From an uncultured delta proteobacterium (GTDB taxonomy: Bacteria > Desulfobacterota > Syntrophia > Syntrophales > UBA2192): 64,000 nt of DNA. A program made the translations under genes and the position numbers. The notes below the pieces were generated by a model that ran no database searches, was not told the origin of the DNA, and saw nothing but the letters and a program-made list of their open reading frames with translations. Below, in pieces: positions 51,425 through 60,557 of the stretch. Location of the stretch: positions 147,119 through 211,118 of the forward strand of contig CAVPJD010000024.1 in assembly GCA_963705165.1 (NCBI GenBank), read 5' to 3'. Position 1 is the first letter of the stretch, and every line of letters begins with the position of its first letter.

Positions 51425-52714
51425 ATGGGACACATCGTTAACCCCGACAAGGAATACCGCCTCCTCCAGCAGCGACTCGACCGCAACGTGACGGGTGCGC
51501 CCGACTCGCCCCATTTCATGGAGATTCTGAAAATTCTCTTCTCGCCCGAGGATGCGAACATCGCCCGGCAGATCCCGACGCGCTTTGTCACCGTGGGACG
51601 GCTCGCGAAAAAGCTCGGCATGGAGCCTGCCGCCCTCGATGGCTGGATCACCGAGATGGCCCACCGGGGGCTTGTCATGGACATCGGGAGGGGCCATCGC
51701 CGCTACGTCACCCTTGCGCCCGTCGTGATCGGATTCTTCGAGTACACCTTCATGCGTGCCGATGACAAGCTCCCCCTGAAGGAACTGGCAAGGCTCTTCG
51801 ATGCCTACATGCACGGCGATGACCGCTTCGCCCGGTCCGTCTTTGGGGCCGAGACGCAGATCGGCCGCTCGCTCGTGCGCGAGGAGGCCCTCCCGGAGGG
51901 GGACCACACGGAGATCCTGGACTGGGAGCGGGCAACCCGGCTCATCGAGTCGGCCTCGGCGGCATCCGTATCCCTCTGCGCCTGCAGGCACAAGGCCTCC
52001 CACCTCGGGAAGGCCTGCGACAGGCCCATGGAGAACTGCATCGCCCTCAACATGGGGGCGGAGATCCTCGTGAAAAACGGTTTCGCCCGGCCCGTTTCGA
52101 CGGCGGAGGCGCTCAAGATCCTCGAGCAGTGCAAGGAGATGGGGCTTGCCCAGACAGGGGACAACGTGCAGAAGAACGCGGCCTATATCTGCAATTGCTG
52201 CGGGTGCTGCTGCGAAATGATGAAGGCCGTCCGGGTCATGGGTCAGCGCAACGCCATCGTCACGTCGAACTGGACCGTCGAGATCGACGAGACAAAATGC
52301 AAGGGCTGCGGCAAGTGCGCAAAACTCTGCCCTGTCGAGCTGATCGACATGGTCCCCGTTGCGGCCCAGGGCGGGAAAAAGCCTGTGAAGAAGGCCCGTC
52401 ACCAGGAGGAGTTCTGCCTGGGCTGCGGTGTGTGCTACACGGGATGCAAGACCGGGGCGATCCGGATGAAACCGCGGGCCAAGCGGGTGTTCACGCCGGA
52501 GACGACCTTCGACAAGATGATCGCCATGGCCATCGAGCGCGGAAAGCTCGCCCACCTCGTCTTCGAAGGCCATGAACACTGGGGCTGGCGCGCCTTCGGA
52601 AGGGTGGCGGCGGTTCTGGAAAACACTCCGCCGGCCCGTGCCCTCCTGGCCATCGAGCCCCTGCGCTCGGCCTTCTTCGAAGCCGCGGTGCGAAAGGCCA
52701 AGACCTCTACCTAG
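51425..52714 (+). CDS. 4Fe-4S dicluster protein with N-terminal wHTH-like region
   Basis: CACR, ICNCCGCCC, CKGCGKC...CP, CLGCGVC...C. Confidence 0.88.
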   Translation: MGHIVNPDKEYRLLQQRLDRNVTGAPDSPHFMEILKILFSPEDANIARQIPTRFVTVGRLAKKLGMEPAALDGWITEMAHRGLVMDIGRGHRRYVTLAPVVIGFFEYTFMRADDKLPLKELARLFDAYMHGDDRFARSVFGAETQIGRSLVREEALPEGDHTEILDWERATRLIESASAASVSLCACRHKASHLGKACDRPMENCIALNMGAEILVKNGFARPVSTAEALKILEQCKEMGLAQTGDNVQKNAAYICNCCGCCCEMMKAVRVMGQRNAIVTSNWTVEIDETKCKGCGKCAKLCPVELIDMVPVAAQGGKKPVKKARHQEEFCLGCGVCYTGCKTGAIRMKPRAKRVFTPETTFDKMIAMAIERGKLAHLVFEGHEHWGWRAFGRVAAVLENTPPARALLAIEPLRSAFFEAAVRKAKTST

Positions 52715-52911
52715 CCGGCGGGCAGTCGATTCTGGGTCCTGCACTCCCTCCGCTCTCAACTTCTACCCTTCTGAATTTCTTTGTCGGCGCAGAGGATTGC
52801 AGACGGACCGGATGGGGAGAGGCTCGCATATCGCCGGCGGCCGGGAAAATTGTGTGGATTTTGGCCTCCGGAGTGACTAGAATGAGTTTACTTCAAAAAG
52901 GAGGTTCGTCC

Positions 52912-53220
52912 ATGAGATCAAAAACGCGTCTTCTGGTACTGATCACCGTGATGCTTGCCATCCTGATCGGCGCCTCGTCCGCAATGGCCGCGGAACGGGT
53001 GGTTCAACTCCTGTTGCCGAACTGCGAGTGACCCTTCACCCGCGACAGGGTCAGTTGGACCCTTACAAACGTAGTCAAAACCAAAAAAGTGGAAGTCAAC
53101 GAGTACACCCACATGGCGACTGTGACTTTCGATGACGAGGTAACCAGCGTCGAAAAGATCGTCGAAGCTCTCGAAAAGGCCGGCTTCCCTCTCGGGGGTC
53201 CGCCTAAATTGCTGAAGTGA
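52912..53220 (+). CDS. secreted heavy-metal-associated (HMA/MerP-like) selenoprotein, 102 aa, C38-E-U40
   Basis: aggagg RBS; signal peptide ending AMA; LLLPNCE-TGA(53029-53031)-PFTRDRV...VEVN...ATVTFDDEVTSVEKIVEALEKAGF. Absent from the ORF track. Confidence 0.85.
53047..53063 (+). promoter_or_regulatory. candidate SECIS hairpin
   Basis: agggtc-agttg-gaccct perfect 6-bp stem; loop 21 nt after the UGA with G in loop position 2 followed by U. Confidence 0.72.
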
Positions 53221-53313
53221 TTTGAAAAACGAGCCGGGGCGGGGGTCTGGGAAAGGCCTTCGCCCCGGTGCCGCTTTCCACCTTTGCGACTTCATCCTGC
53301 AGGCAGGCATTCC

Positions 53314-53556
53314 ATGGAAGGCTCTACGAGAGAAAAATTCATCCACACCCTGGTGCAGTACAAGGAAAAGTTCGGCCAGGAGAAGGCCTCGGGCATCCAG
53401 GAGAAGTTCTGGCAGAGCAGGGAACAAATCGTGGCGGACAGCGCATCCGAGATCGACTGGTTCCCTTCGTGGAAGAAAAACCAAATCCTCGAGGACCTGC
53501 TTGCCAAGACCTACCTGGACCTCATCGCCGAGATGGAGCGCGAGGGCCTTTCCTGA
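53314..53556 (+). CDS. hypothetical 80-aa protein
   Basis: MEGSTREKFIHTLVQY...; codon usage like neighbouring genes. Confidence 0.65.
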   Translation: MEGSTREKFIHTLVQYKEKFGQEKASGIQEKFWQSREQIVADSASEIDWFPSWKKNQILEDLLAKTYLDLIAEMEREGLS

Positions 53557-53660
53557 GGACTGCGATCCTGTCGTCGCCGGAGAATGACCCATTCCCGGGG
53601 CAGCAAAATCCCAGCACCCATTACCGTTCGCAGGCCCCTGCAGGCCCGCGGGAAGGCATC

Positions 53661-54200
53661 ATGGAATTCACTGTCCTGATCGGCGGGGAAGCCGGGCAGG
53701 GAATGTTTTCCGTCGAGCTTGAGCTCACGGAGCTCCTCTCCAGGCTGGGCTACCATTTCTTCGCCACAAAGAACTACATGTCGCGGATCCGGGGCGGTAA
53801 CAACTACCACATGGTCCGTGTGGCTGATAGGCCCGTGCACGCCCTGAGCGGCAGGCCCTGGGACAAGGTCATCGCCATGGACGGCGGCGAGACGGAGCGG
53901 AGGCACCGCCCATCTTTGGGGAAGGGCGGCGTCTTCATCGGCGCCGACCGGGTTGGGCAGATCGAGAAGTTGAACACCTACCCGTGGTACCGCGAAAGAA
54001 TCTACAGGCTGGAGGAACCGCTGAGAGACCGGCTCGAAGCCATACGGACGGCACAGACTTGGGGGGAACGGATCCCCATCGGGGTCTTCTGGCGCGATGA
54101 AGGCTACAACTGCCGGGAGGGCAAGGAAATGTTCCGCAAACCCGTCACGGAGGATGCCGTGGCGCGGCTTCTGAACAGGTCGTGCATCATGATGCGTTAG
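53661..54200 (+). pseudogene. chimeric relic of a 2-oxoacid:ferredoxin oxidoreductase: alpha N-terminus fused to beta C-terminus
   Basis: IGGEAGQG...YMSRIRGGNN (alpha/gamma domain start) joined to KLNTYPWYRERIY...WGERIPIGVF (beta C-terminal domain). Confidence 0.7.
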
Positions 54201-54553
54201 GGGAATGTGGGTAGTGATGGGCAGGGGATCGTCAAATTTCCGGCAATTTGACCGTCAAAAGTGACGGATTTCCGTCACAATCCTTCGAGCACCGCCTGTA
54301 GTTTTCGTCCTTTTCCGGCTCGACTTTTTTCTTTTTCATGAAGAGAAAGACGATGATAAACACGATCAGCCACGGCTGCTTTTGCGAACCCTTCATCAGC
54401 CGACGGACCAGACTTTTTTCTATGTTCTCCAGAAGCCCCTCGAGTACCGCCGTTGCCGTCTTTTACCCGGCGCACATTGTGCGCTACGGTACTTATATCT
54501 GACAAAATACGGAGCTAGTAAAGACAAAAGGGCGGGGGAAATAAAAAGGGGCT

Positions 54554-54638
54554 AAAAAAAAAGATTGGGTGCCAGGTGAAGGAGGGGAAACTGGCACCCA
54601 GAGAGAGATAAATGGGGTTTCAAGTTATCGGATTCGCC
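54554..54638 (-). ncRNA. candidate small RNA with an anti-SD loop and U-tract
   Basis: Perfect 10-bp stem tgggtgccag/ctggcaccca with loop UUUCCCCUCCUUCAC on the minus strand, then U9; sigma54-like TGTCAC-N5-TTGCA upstream. Confidence 0.45.
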
Positions 54639-54713
54639 TTATTCATTATGCAACAAGTGTGACAACTGGTGCATGCGTGAGAACATTTATTGGAATTTTC
54701 GCAAAAAGTCCGC

Positions 54714-55211
54714 TTAGGGGGCGGGGGAGGTGGATTGTTTTTTCCGAACAATCAAGAAAGGAAGAACGATAAGTCCCGACAGATACTTGATAATCGCCTG
54801 CCCGATGATGGCAGGCCAAACAGGCCCGAAGGCAAGCAGGACAAAGACGAGAGAGTCCACGGGGCAGGAGACGAGGTTGGACCAGATGACCCTGGAGGCA
54901 AAGGGGCGTTTGAGCGCCCTGAATAAGAGCCAATCGAGGCTCTCCGATACGAAAAAAGCCGCCATCGAGGCTAACGCTATGTCCATATTGAAGAAAAGCG
55001 TGATGACGGAAGCTGCGATCATCCAGCCCCAGGTCGCCCAGTCGCCCCAGTAACGCTGCACAAAATCCCGAAAGGAAAAGGTAAGCCCTATCCAGACCAC
55101 CCCCGCCGGGAAAGTGAGTCCGGCCACGGTCACGATGCCGAACCAGATGACGAAGGCATTGCCCAGAAGAATGCTGAGGAGGTAAAGAAGCCCCCAGATC
55201 CACTTTCTCAT
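54714..55211 (-). CDS. VUT family (queuosine precursor transporter-like) membrane protein
   Basis: PAG...GLTF.FRD.VQ, IALAS..AF.VSE..D, SN.VS.PVDS..F..LAF. Confidence 0.85.
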   Translation of the reverse strand: MRKWIWGLLYLLSILLGNAFVIWFGIVTVAGLTFPAGVVWIGLTFSFRDFVQRYWGDWATWGWMIAASVITLFFNMDIALASMAAFFVSESLDWLLFRALKRPFASRVIWSNLVSCPVDSLVFVLLAFGPVWPAIIGQAIIKYLSGLIVLPFLIVRKKQSTSPAP

Positions 55212-55336
55212 GTGCCGCTCCTACATATTTTGTAGGGGTTTCTTCAAAAGGACGGCCCTTTATTCCATAGATCGTCCCCCGATTCAAGGGTTTTCGCCTT
55301 GACGCTGTCGAGGCGAGTTGTTAGGGTTTGAAACGG

Positions 55337-55747
55337 ATGACATCCTCCGGCCCTGATCTCAGAAGGATTACCGTCACTGCCGCCGTCCTCGAAAAGGACG
55401 GCAGGATTCTCATCGCCCGCCGCAAACACGTGGACCGCCTGGCGGGAAAATGGGAATTCCCCGGCGGGAAAATCGAAAAGGGCGAGACCGCCGAGGCCTG
55501 TCTCCGGAGGGAGCTGCAGGAAGAGTTAGGCATTGACGTCGTCGTGGGCGGCTTTGTCGGCCGCAGCTGTCATCGTTACCCCCACGGGGAGATCGAGTTG
55601 CTGGCCTACCGGGTCATCCATCACTCCGGGGATTTTCAACTCCATGATCACGAGGAGATCCGCTGGGTACTGCCGGCTGATCTTGCCTCCCACGATTTTT
55701 CCGCGGCCGATATCCCGATTGTGAAACTTCTGCTTGAAGGGGTGTGA
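55337..55747 (+). CDS. mutT: MutT-like NUDIX hydrolase
   Basis: WEFPGGKIEKGE....CLRRELQEELG Nudix box. Confidence 0.88.
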   Translation: MTSSGPDLRRITVTAAVLEKDGRILIARRKHVDRLAGKWEFPGGKIEKGETAEACLRRELQEELGIDVVVGGFVGRSCHRYPHGEIELLAYRVIHHSGDFQLHDHEEIRWVLPADLASHDFSAADIPIVKLLLEGV

Positions 55748-55750
55748 ACA

Positions 55751-56590
55751 ATGCCCGTCGATGAGGTCCCGAGGGACCAATCCCTCATGCTCAACGGCCT
55801 GCAGCTCCGATTCCTCGAGCGGGGCCCGGTGGACGGACGGCCCATGGTCTTCCTTCACGGCACCGGCGACAACGCCCGCACGTGGGATCTGCTCACACCC
55901 CAAATGGCATCACAGTTCCGGGTCATTGCCCCGGATCAGCGCGGGCACGGAAAAAGCGGATGGGCCGTGCCGCCTGCCTACCGATGCGGGGATTATATGC
56001 TTGATCTGGCCGCCTTGATCGATTCTCTCGGCCTGGAAGGCATGATCCTGCTGGGGCACTCCATGGGAGCCCTGCACGCCAGCCTCTATGCCGCGCTCAA
56101 CCCCGGCAGGGTATCGGCCCTTATCCACGTCGATATCGAGCCCTGCCCGCCGGACTGGAACCGCAAATACCTCCTCGGGCTCTACAAAAATCTCCCTGAC
56201 TCGTACGCCGCTCCGGAGGATTTCATCGCGGAGCTCACGAAAAACGCCCCCTACGCCCGGCCGGAGCACTTGCGGCACCTGGCCGAAAAATCCCTCATCC
56301 GACGGGATGGCCGGTGGTACAGGACCTATGACCGGGAGATCCTTGCCCGGTTTGACCACTACGACCTTGTGGGGAATCTTTCCGCCATCCGCTGCCCGGC
56401 CCTGGTCATCCGGGGAGCCGAAAGCCGAGTTCTCGGCCACCAGGCGGCGAAGCAGATGGCGAAAGCCATGCCGGCCGGCGAGTTGGTGGAAATCCCCAGG
56501 GCAACCCACCCCGCCCACCTGGACAACCCCGACGGATTCCGGGAGGCCGTCATGGGCTTTCTGAAAAAGCACGGATTCATCGCATCTTAA
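55751..56590 (+). CDS. alpha/beta fold hydrolase
   Basis: FLHG, DQRGHG, GHSMG and catalytic His near the C-terminus. Confidence 0.92.
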   Translation: MPVDEVPRDQSLMLNGLQLRFLERGPVDGRPMVFLHGTGDNARTWDLLTPQMASQFRVIAPDQRGHGKSGWAVPPAYRCGDYMLDLAALIDSLGLEGMILLGHSMGALHASLYAALNPGRVSALIHVDIEPCPPDWNRKYLLGLYKNLPDSYAAPEDFIAELTKNAPYARPEHLRHLAEKSLIRRDGRWYRTYDREILARFDHYDLVGNLSAIRCPALVIRGAESRVLGHQAAKQMAKAMPAGELVEIPRATHPAHLDNPDGFREAVMGFLKKHGFIAS

Positions 56591-56604
56591 AAAAGGAGAA
56601 GAGT

Positions 56605-57177
56605 ATGGATGTTTTCACAGCGATCAGCGGCAGGAGAAGCTGTCGGAAGTTCCATCCCGACACGGTCAGCGATACGGACATCGAGAAGATCCTCGAGGCA
56701 GGCAACTGGGCCCCCTCACCCGCCAACCAGCAGCCCTGGGAGTTCGTCGTCATCACAAACGGGGGCATCAAGGAGAGGATCTTCTCCGAAAGCGAGATCT
56801 GCAAGAAGAAGCTCTTCGAGCGAAGCGGCTGGAAGTGGCTCGAGAAGTTCCCCATCGATTTCGTGAAAGAGACCCCCGTCATCATCGCGGTGGTGGGCGA
56901 CCCGAAAAAGAGCGGCGCCGATCTGTTTCTCGACGAAGGGACCGGCCGGGGATACCTGGAGGGCTGCTCGGCCGCCTTGCAGAACATGATGCTCGCGGCA
57001 CACGCACTCGGGCTGGGAACTCTCTGGTTCACCCTCTTCGAGGCCGGAACGGTCCGGCAGATCCTCAGCCTGGATGCGGAAAAGGATCCCGTCGCCCTGC
57101 TGTGCGTCGGAAAGCCCGTTTCTTCAGGCACGACGAAGCGTAAGGACTTCCGTGATAAAACGACGTACCTGCGATAA
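56605..57177 (+). CDS. nitroreductase family protein
   Basis: RRSCRKF, APSPANQQPW, NMMLAAHALGLGT. Confidence 0.93.
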   Translation: MDVFTAISGRRSCRKFHPDTVSDTDIEKILEAGNWAPSPANQQPWEFVVITNGGIKERIFSESEICKKKLFERSGWKWLEKFPIDFVKETPVIIAVVGDPKKSGADLFLDEGTGRGYLEGCSAALQNMMLAAHALGLGTLWFTLFEAGTVRQILSLDAEKDPVALLCVGKPVSSGTTKRKDFRDKTTYLR

Positions 57178-57195
57178 GGGTAAGGCATCCCGGCA

Positions 57196-58563
57196 ATGAT
57201 CCATCCGTCGCGCATCCAGCCGCTCAACAAGCGAAGCATCCAGGACGGCCGCTACATCCTTTACTGGATGCAGGCCTCCCAGAGGGTCGATTGCAACCAT
57301 GCCCTCGAATATGCCGTCGGCGAGGCAAACGAGCGCAACCTTCCCGTCGTCGTCGTGTTCGGCCTCACCGACCGGTTCCCCGAGGCCAACCTACGCCACT
57401 ACGCCTTTATGATGGAAGGACTCGAGGAGGTCCGCAAGGGGCTGAACAGCCGGGGCATCCGTTTCGTGCTCTTTCACCACTCGCCCGAGCTGGCTGCAAC
57501 GGCGATGGCCGAGGAGGCGGCCCTTGTCGTCGCCGATCGGGGCTATCTGCGCATCCAGAGGCAGTGGCGAAACCACGTCGCAAAAAACGCCCCCTGCGCC
57601 GTCGTGCAGGTGGAGTCAGATGCCGTCGTCCCCGTTGAGACGGCCTCACCGAAGGAGGAATACACCGCGGGCACCTTGAGGCCCAAGCTCCAGCGCATCC
57701 TTGAGGGATACCTCATCCCCCTGAAGGAAAGACCGGTCAGGAAGGATTCTCTCTCCCTTCGCCTCGACGCGGACCCGGAAGGGGACCTCACCTCTTTGCT
57801 CAAGAAAATGAAAATCGACCGCGCGGTTTCGCCCGCGAGGGCCTTCCGGGGCGGTACGGCCCGGGCCAACGCCCTGCTGGAGGAATTCATCGCAAAGAAG
57901 ATCCGCCACTACGACGAGCTTCGGAGTGACCCGGGGCTCGACTACTCCTCCCATTTGAGCCCCTACCTGCACTTCGGCCAGGTCTCGCCGCTCGCCGTTG
58001 CCCTTCGCATCGCCGCCGAAAAAGCGATCCCCGCCGGGGCGCGCGAGTCCTTTCTGGAGGAACTGATCGTGCGTCGCGAGCTCAGCATGAACTTCGTCTT
58101 TTACAACGACCGCTACGACGACTACGAGTGCCTGCCGAACTGGGCGCGAAAGACCCTCGCCGAGCACGCAAAGGACCGCCGGGAGTACCTCTACGATGCA
58201 GACCAGTGGGAGCGCGCCGGGACCCACGACCCTTACTGGAACGCCGCCCAGCGGGAGATGATGATCACAGGCAAGATGCACAACTATATGCGAATGTACT
58301 GGGGGAAAAAGCTCCTCGAGTGGAGCCGGACCCCGGCGGAGGCCTTTCGGACGGCCCTGCGGCTCAACAACAAGTATGAACTCGATGGCCGCGACCCCAA
58401 CGGGTTTGCCGGCGTGGCGTGGTGCTTCGGCAAACACGACCGGGCCTGGTTCGAGCGGAAGGTCTTCGGCAAGATCCGCTACATGAACGACGCGGGCCTC
58501 AGGCGCAAGTTCGACATGGACGCCTATCTGAAAAAAGTGGCCGTTCTCGAGAAGGAACGGTGA
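57196..58563 (+). CDS. phr: class II CPD DNA photolyase
   Basis: YWMQ, SHLSPYLHFGQ, EELIVRREL, MHNYMRMYWGKK, DGRDPNG, KIRYM. Confidence 0.95.
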   Translation: MIHPSRIQPLNKRSIQDGRYILYWMQASQRVDCNHALEYAVGEANERNLPVVVVFGLTDRFPEANLRHYAFMMEGLEEVRKGLNSRGIRFVLFHHSPELAATAMAEEAALVVADRGYLRIQRQWRNHVAKNAPCAVVQVESDAVVPVETASPKEEYTAGTLRPKLQRILEGYLIPLKERPVRKDSLSLRLDADPEGDLTSLLKKMKIDRAVSPARAFRGGTARANALLEEFIAKKIRHYDELRSDPGLDYSSHLSPYLHFGQVSPLAVALRIAAEKAIPAGARESFLEELIVRRELSMNFVFYNDRYDDYECLPNWARKTLAEHAKDRREYLYDADQWERAGTHDPYWNAAQREMMITGKMHNYMRMYWGKKLLEWSRTPAEAFRTALRLNNKYELDGRDPNGFAGVAWCFGKHDRAWFERKVFGKIRYMNDAGLRRKFDMDAYLKKVAVLEKER

Positions 58564-58633
58564 AATCAGAAAATACCTGTCGACTTTTTCCTTTGTTAAC
58601 GGTATAAGGTTTGCGCGAGCGTCGTATGCCTTG

Positions 58634-58671
58634 AACCGCTGCGATCGCCAGTGGCGACTGGCGGTTTTTTT
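58634..58671 (+). terminator. intrinsic terminator
   Basis: aaccgc...tcgcca-g-tggcga...gcggttttttt. Confidence 0.65.
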
Positions 58672-58700
58672 ATGGTAATCCCCCTCGACCTGTAGAAACG

Positions 58701-60398
58701 ATGATTCCCGCACATCCTCGAGAACTGATCCGGCTCCTGCTGCTCGTTGCACTGTTTGCAAGCTTCGCAAGCAGCGCCCTGGCCCAGGCCCCGCCCGACG
58801 ATGTCCGTAAAAGCCTCGAGAGAGCCGTCAAGTCAGGCGCCGCCCAGAAAGCTGTCTGCCCCGGAGCCCCCTATTGCAACCCTTCCTCGGTGATCCGTTT
58901 CTACCAGATGCGAAAATACGAACCGGCCTGGACGCGGGACGGCTACCCGCTGCCCGTGGCGGAAGCCTTGGCCCGCGCGATCAAGGCGGCCGATGCCGAG
59001 GGCCTTCAGCCTACGGCTTATCACTTGGAGCGCATCGAGTCCTCTCTCTCAGATATCCGGCAGGTTCTGGCCCGAAATGAACGGCCGGAAACAGGAAAGA
59101 TCATCGATCTCGAATTTCTCCTTTCCGATGCCTACCTCGTCTATGCGGCGCACCTGCTCAACGGACGCGTCAACCCCGAGACACTCCATGCCGACGAGTG
59201 GACGATCTATCCCTCCCGATTTAATCTGGCGCGCCATCTCTCGACGGCACTGGATGGGGGGAATGTCGAAGAGAGCCTGAAGGGCCTCATGCCGGCCCAG
59301 CTGGGCTATGGCAGGCTCAAGACGGCGCTGATCGTGCACCGGGGACTTGCAGAACGGGGCGGCTGGCCCGTCATCCCGGGAGACGGCAGGCTCGAGACGG
59401 GCATGAAGAGCGATCGGGTCCCCGTGCTCCGCAGCCGGCTGAAGGTCACAGGCGACATGCCTGCTGCGGCGGACAGTGCAAGCGATCTCTTCGACGAGGC
59501 CGTCGAGGAGGCGGTGAAGCGGTTCCAGCTGCGCCACGGTCTGTTCGACGACGGAATCGTGGGCACCCGGACGCTTCGGGCCCTTAACGTACCCGTGGAA
59601 AGGCGCATTCGTCAGATCGAGCTCAACCTGGAGCGATGGCGCTGGCTTCCCCAGAACCTGGGGAACCCTTACATCATGGTGAACATCGCGGGCTACGGCC
59701 TCGAGGTCGTCGAGAATGAGTCCCCCGTACTGACGATGAAGATCATCGTGGGGACGGCCTTCCAGAAAACGCCCGTCTTCAGCGGGAAGATGACCTATAT
59801 CGAGATGAACCCTTACTGGAACGTCCCTCACAGCATCGCCACGGAGGAGACGCTCCAGAAGATCCAGAAGGACCCGGGCTTTCTTGCCAGGGAGAACATG
59901 AAGGTCTTCGCGGCCGGGCAGACCGGCGAAGCGCTGGATCCCGCCTCCATCGACTGGTCAGCTCTCTCGGAGAACCATTTCCCTTATCGCCTGCGTCAGG
60001 AACCCGGCCCCCGCAACCCTCTGGGCCGGATCAAGTTCATGTTCCCCAACAAGCACAGCGTCTACCTGCATGACACCTCCGACCCCCAGCTCTTTCGCAA
60101 GGAGCGGCGCGAGTTCAGCCACGGCTGCATTCGGATCGAAAAGCCCATGGAGATGGCCGAGTTCGTCATGAGGGGAAGCAAGGAGTGGCCGATGGAGAAA
60201 ATTAAGGCGGTTCTGAAGACGAAAGATACGACTGTGGCCAACCTGCCAACGCCCATACCCGTGCACATCCTGTACTTCACGGCATGGGGAAACGGCGACG
60301 GGACGATCCACTTCCTGGAAGACATCTACCGGAGGGACGAGCGCCTGAACAGGGCCCTGCTGCCAAAAACAAAGCCTGCCAGGATTGCGAAGCCCTAG
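58701..60398 (+). CDS. L,D-transpeptidase (YcbB/LdtD-like) with peptidoglycan-binding domain
   Basis: FQ.RHGL.DDG.VG, NLERWRW, NPYWNVP, YLHDT, SHGCIR. Confidence 0.94.
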   Translation: MIPAHPRELIRLLLLVALFASFASSALAQAPPDDVRKSLERAVKSGAAQKAVCPGAPYCNPSSVIRFYQMRKYEPAWTRDGYPLPVAEALARAIKAADAEGLQPTAYHLERIESSLSDIRQVLARNERPETGKIIDLEFLLSDAYLVYAAHLLNGRVNPETLHADEWTIYPSRFNLARHLSTALDGGNVEESLKGLMPAQLGYGRLKTALIVHRGLAERGGWPVIPGDGRLETGMKSDRVPVLRSRLKVTGDMPAAADSASDLFDEAVEEAVKRFQLRHGLFDDGIVGTRTLRALNVPVERRIRQIELNLERWRWLPQNLGNPYIMVNIAGYGLEVVENESPVLTMKIIVGTAFQKTPVFSGKMTYIEMNPYWNVPHSIATEETLQKIQKDPGFLARENMKVFAAGQTGEALDPASIDWSALSENHFPYRLRQEPGPRNPLGRIKFMFPNKHSVYLHDTSDPQLFRKERREFSHGCIRIEKPMEMAEFVMRGSKEWPMEKIKAVLKTKDTTVANLPTPIPVHILYFTAWGNGDGTIHFLEDIYRRDERLNRALLPKTKPARIAKP

Positions 60399-60415
60399 CA
60401 GGCAGACAATTTATC

Positions 60416-60533
60416 CACCCTCACCTCAATCCTCTCCCGGAAAAGGAACAGGATCATTCCCCCTCCTCCACTTCCTCCTCCCACCAGGGGAGGAGAACAG
60501 AGGAAAAGGTCTCCGTAGGGAGAGGAAGATCAG
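60416..60533. repeat. BoxC/REP-like element, long nested form (inverted copy of 13776-13896)
   Basis: Reverse complement matches 13779-13895 with about one substitution. Confidence 0.92.
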
Positions 60534-60557
60534 GGTATGGCCTTTCGGCCGGTTTTT

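Noticed and set aside
54229..54505. Minus-strand ORF 54275-54505 and an alternative frame with a short hydrophobic stretch (WLIVFIIVFLF)
   Set aside because: No RBS, atypical composition and no recognisable domain. At most a degraded remnant.
55212..55320. Canonical preQ1 riboswitch upstream of the VUT gene
   Set aside because: The conserved preQ1-I stem-loop and A-rich tail were not found. Only a generic RBS hairpin was kept as a low-interest finding.
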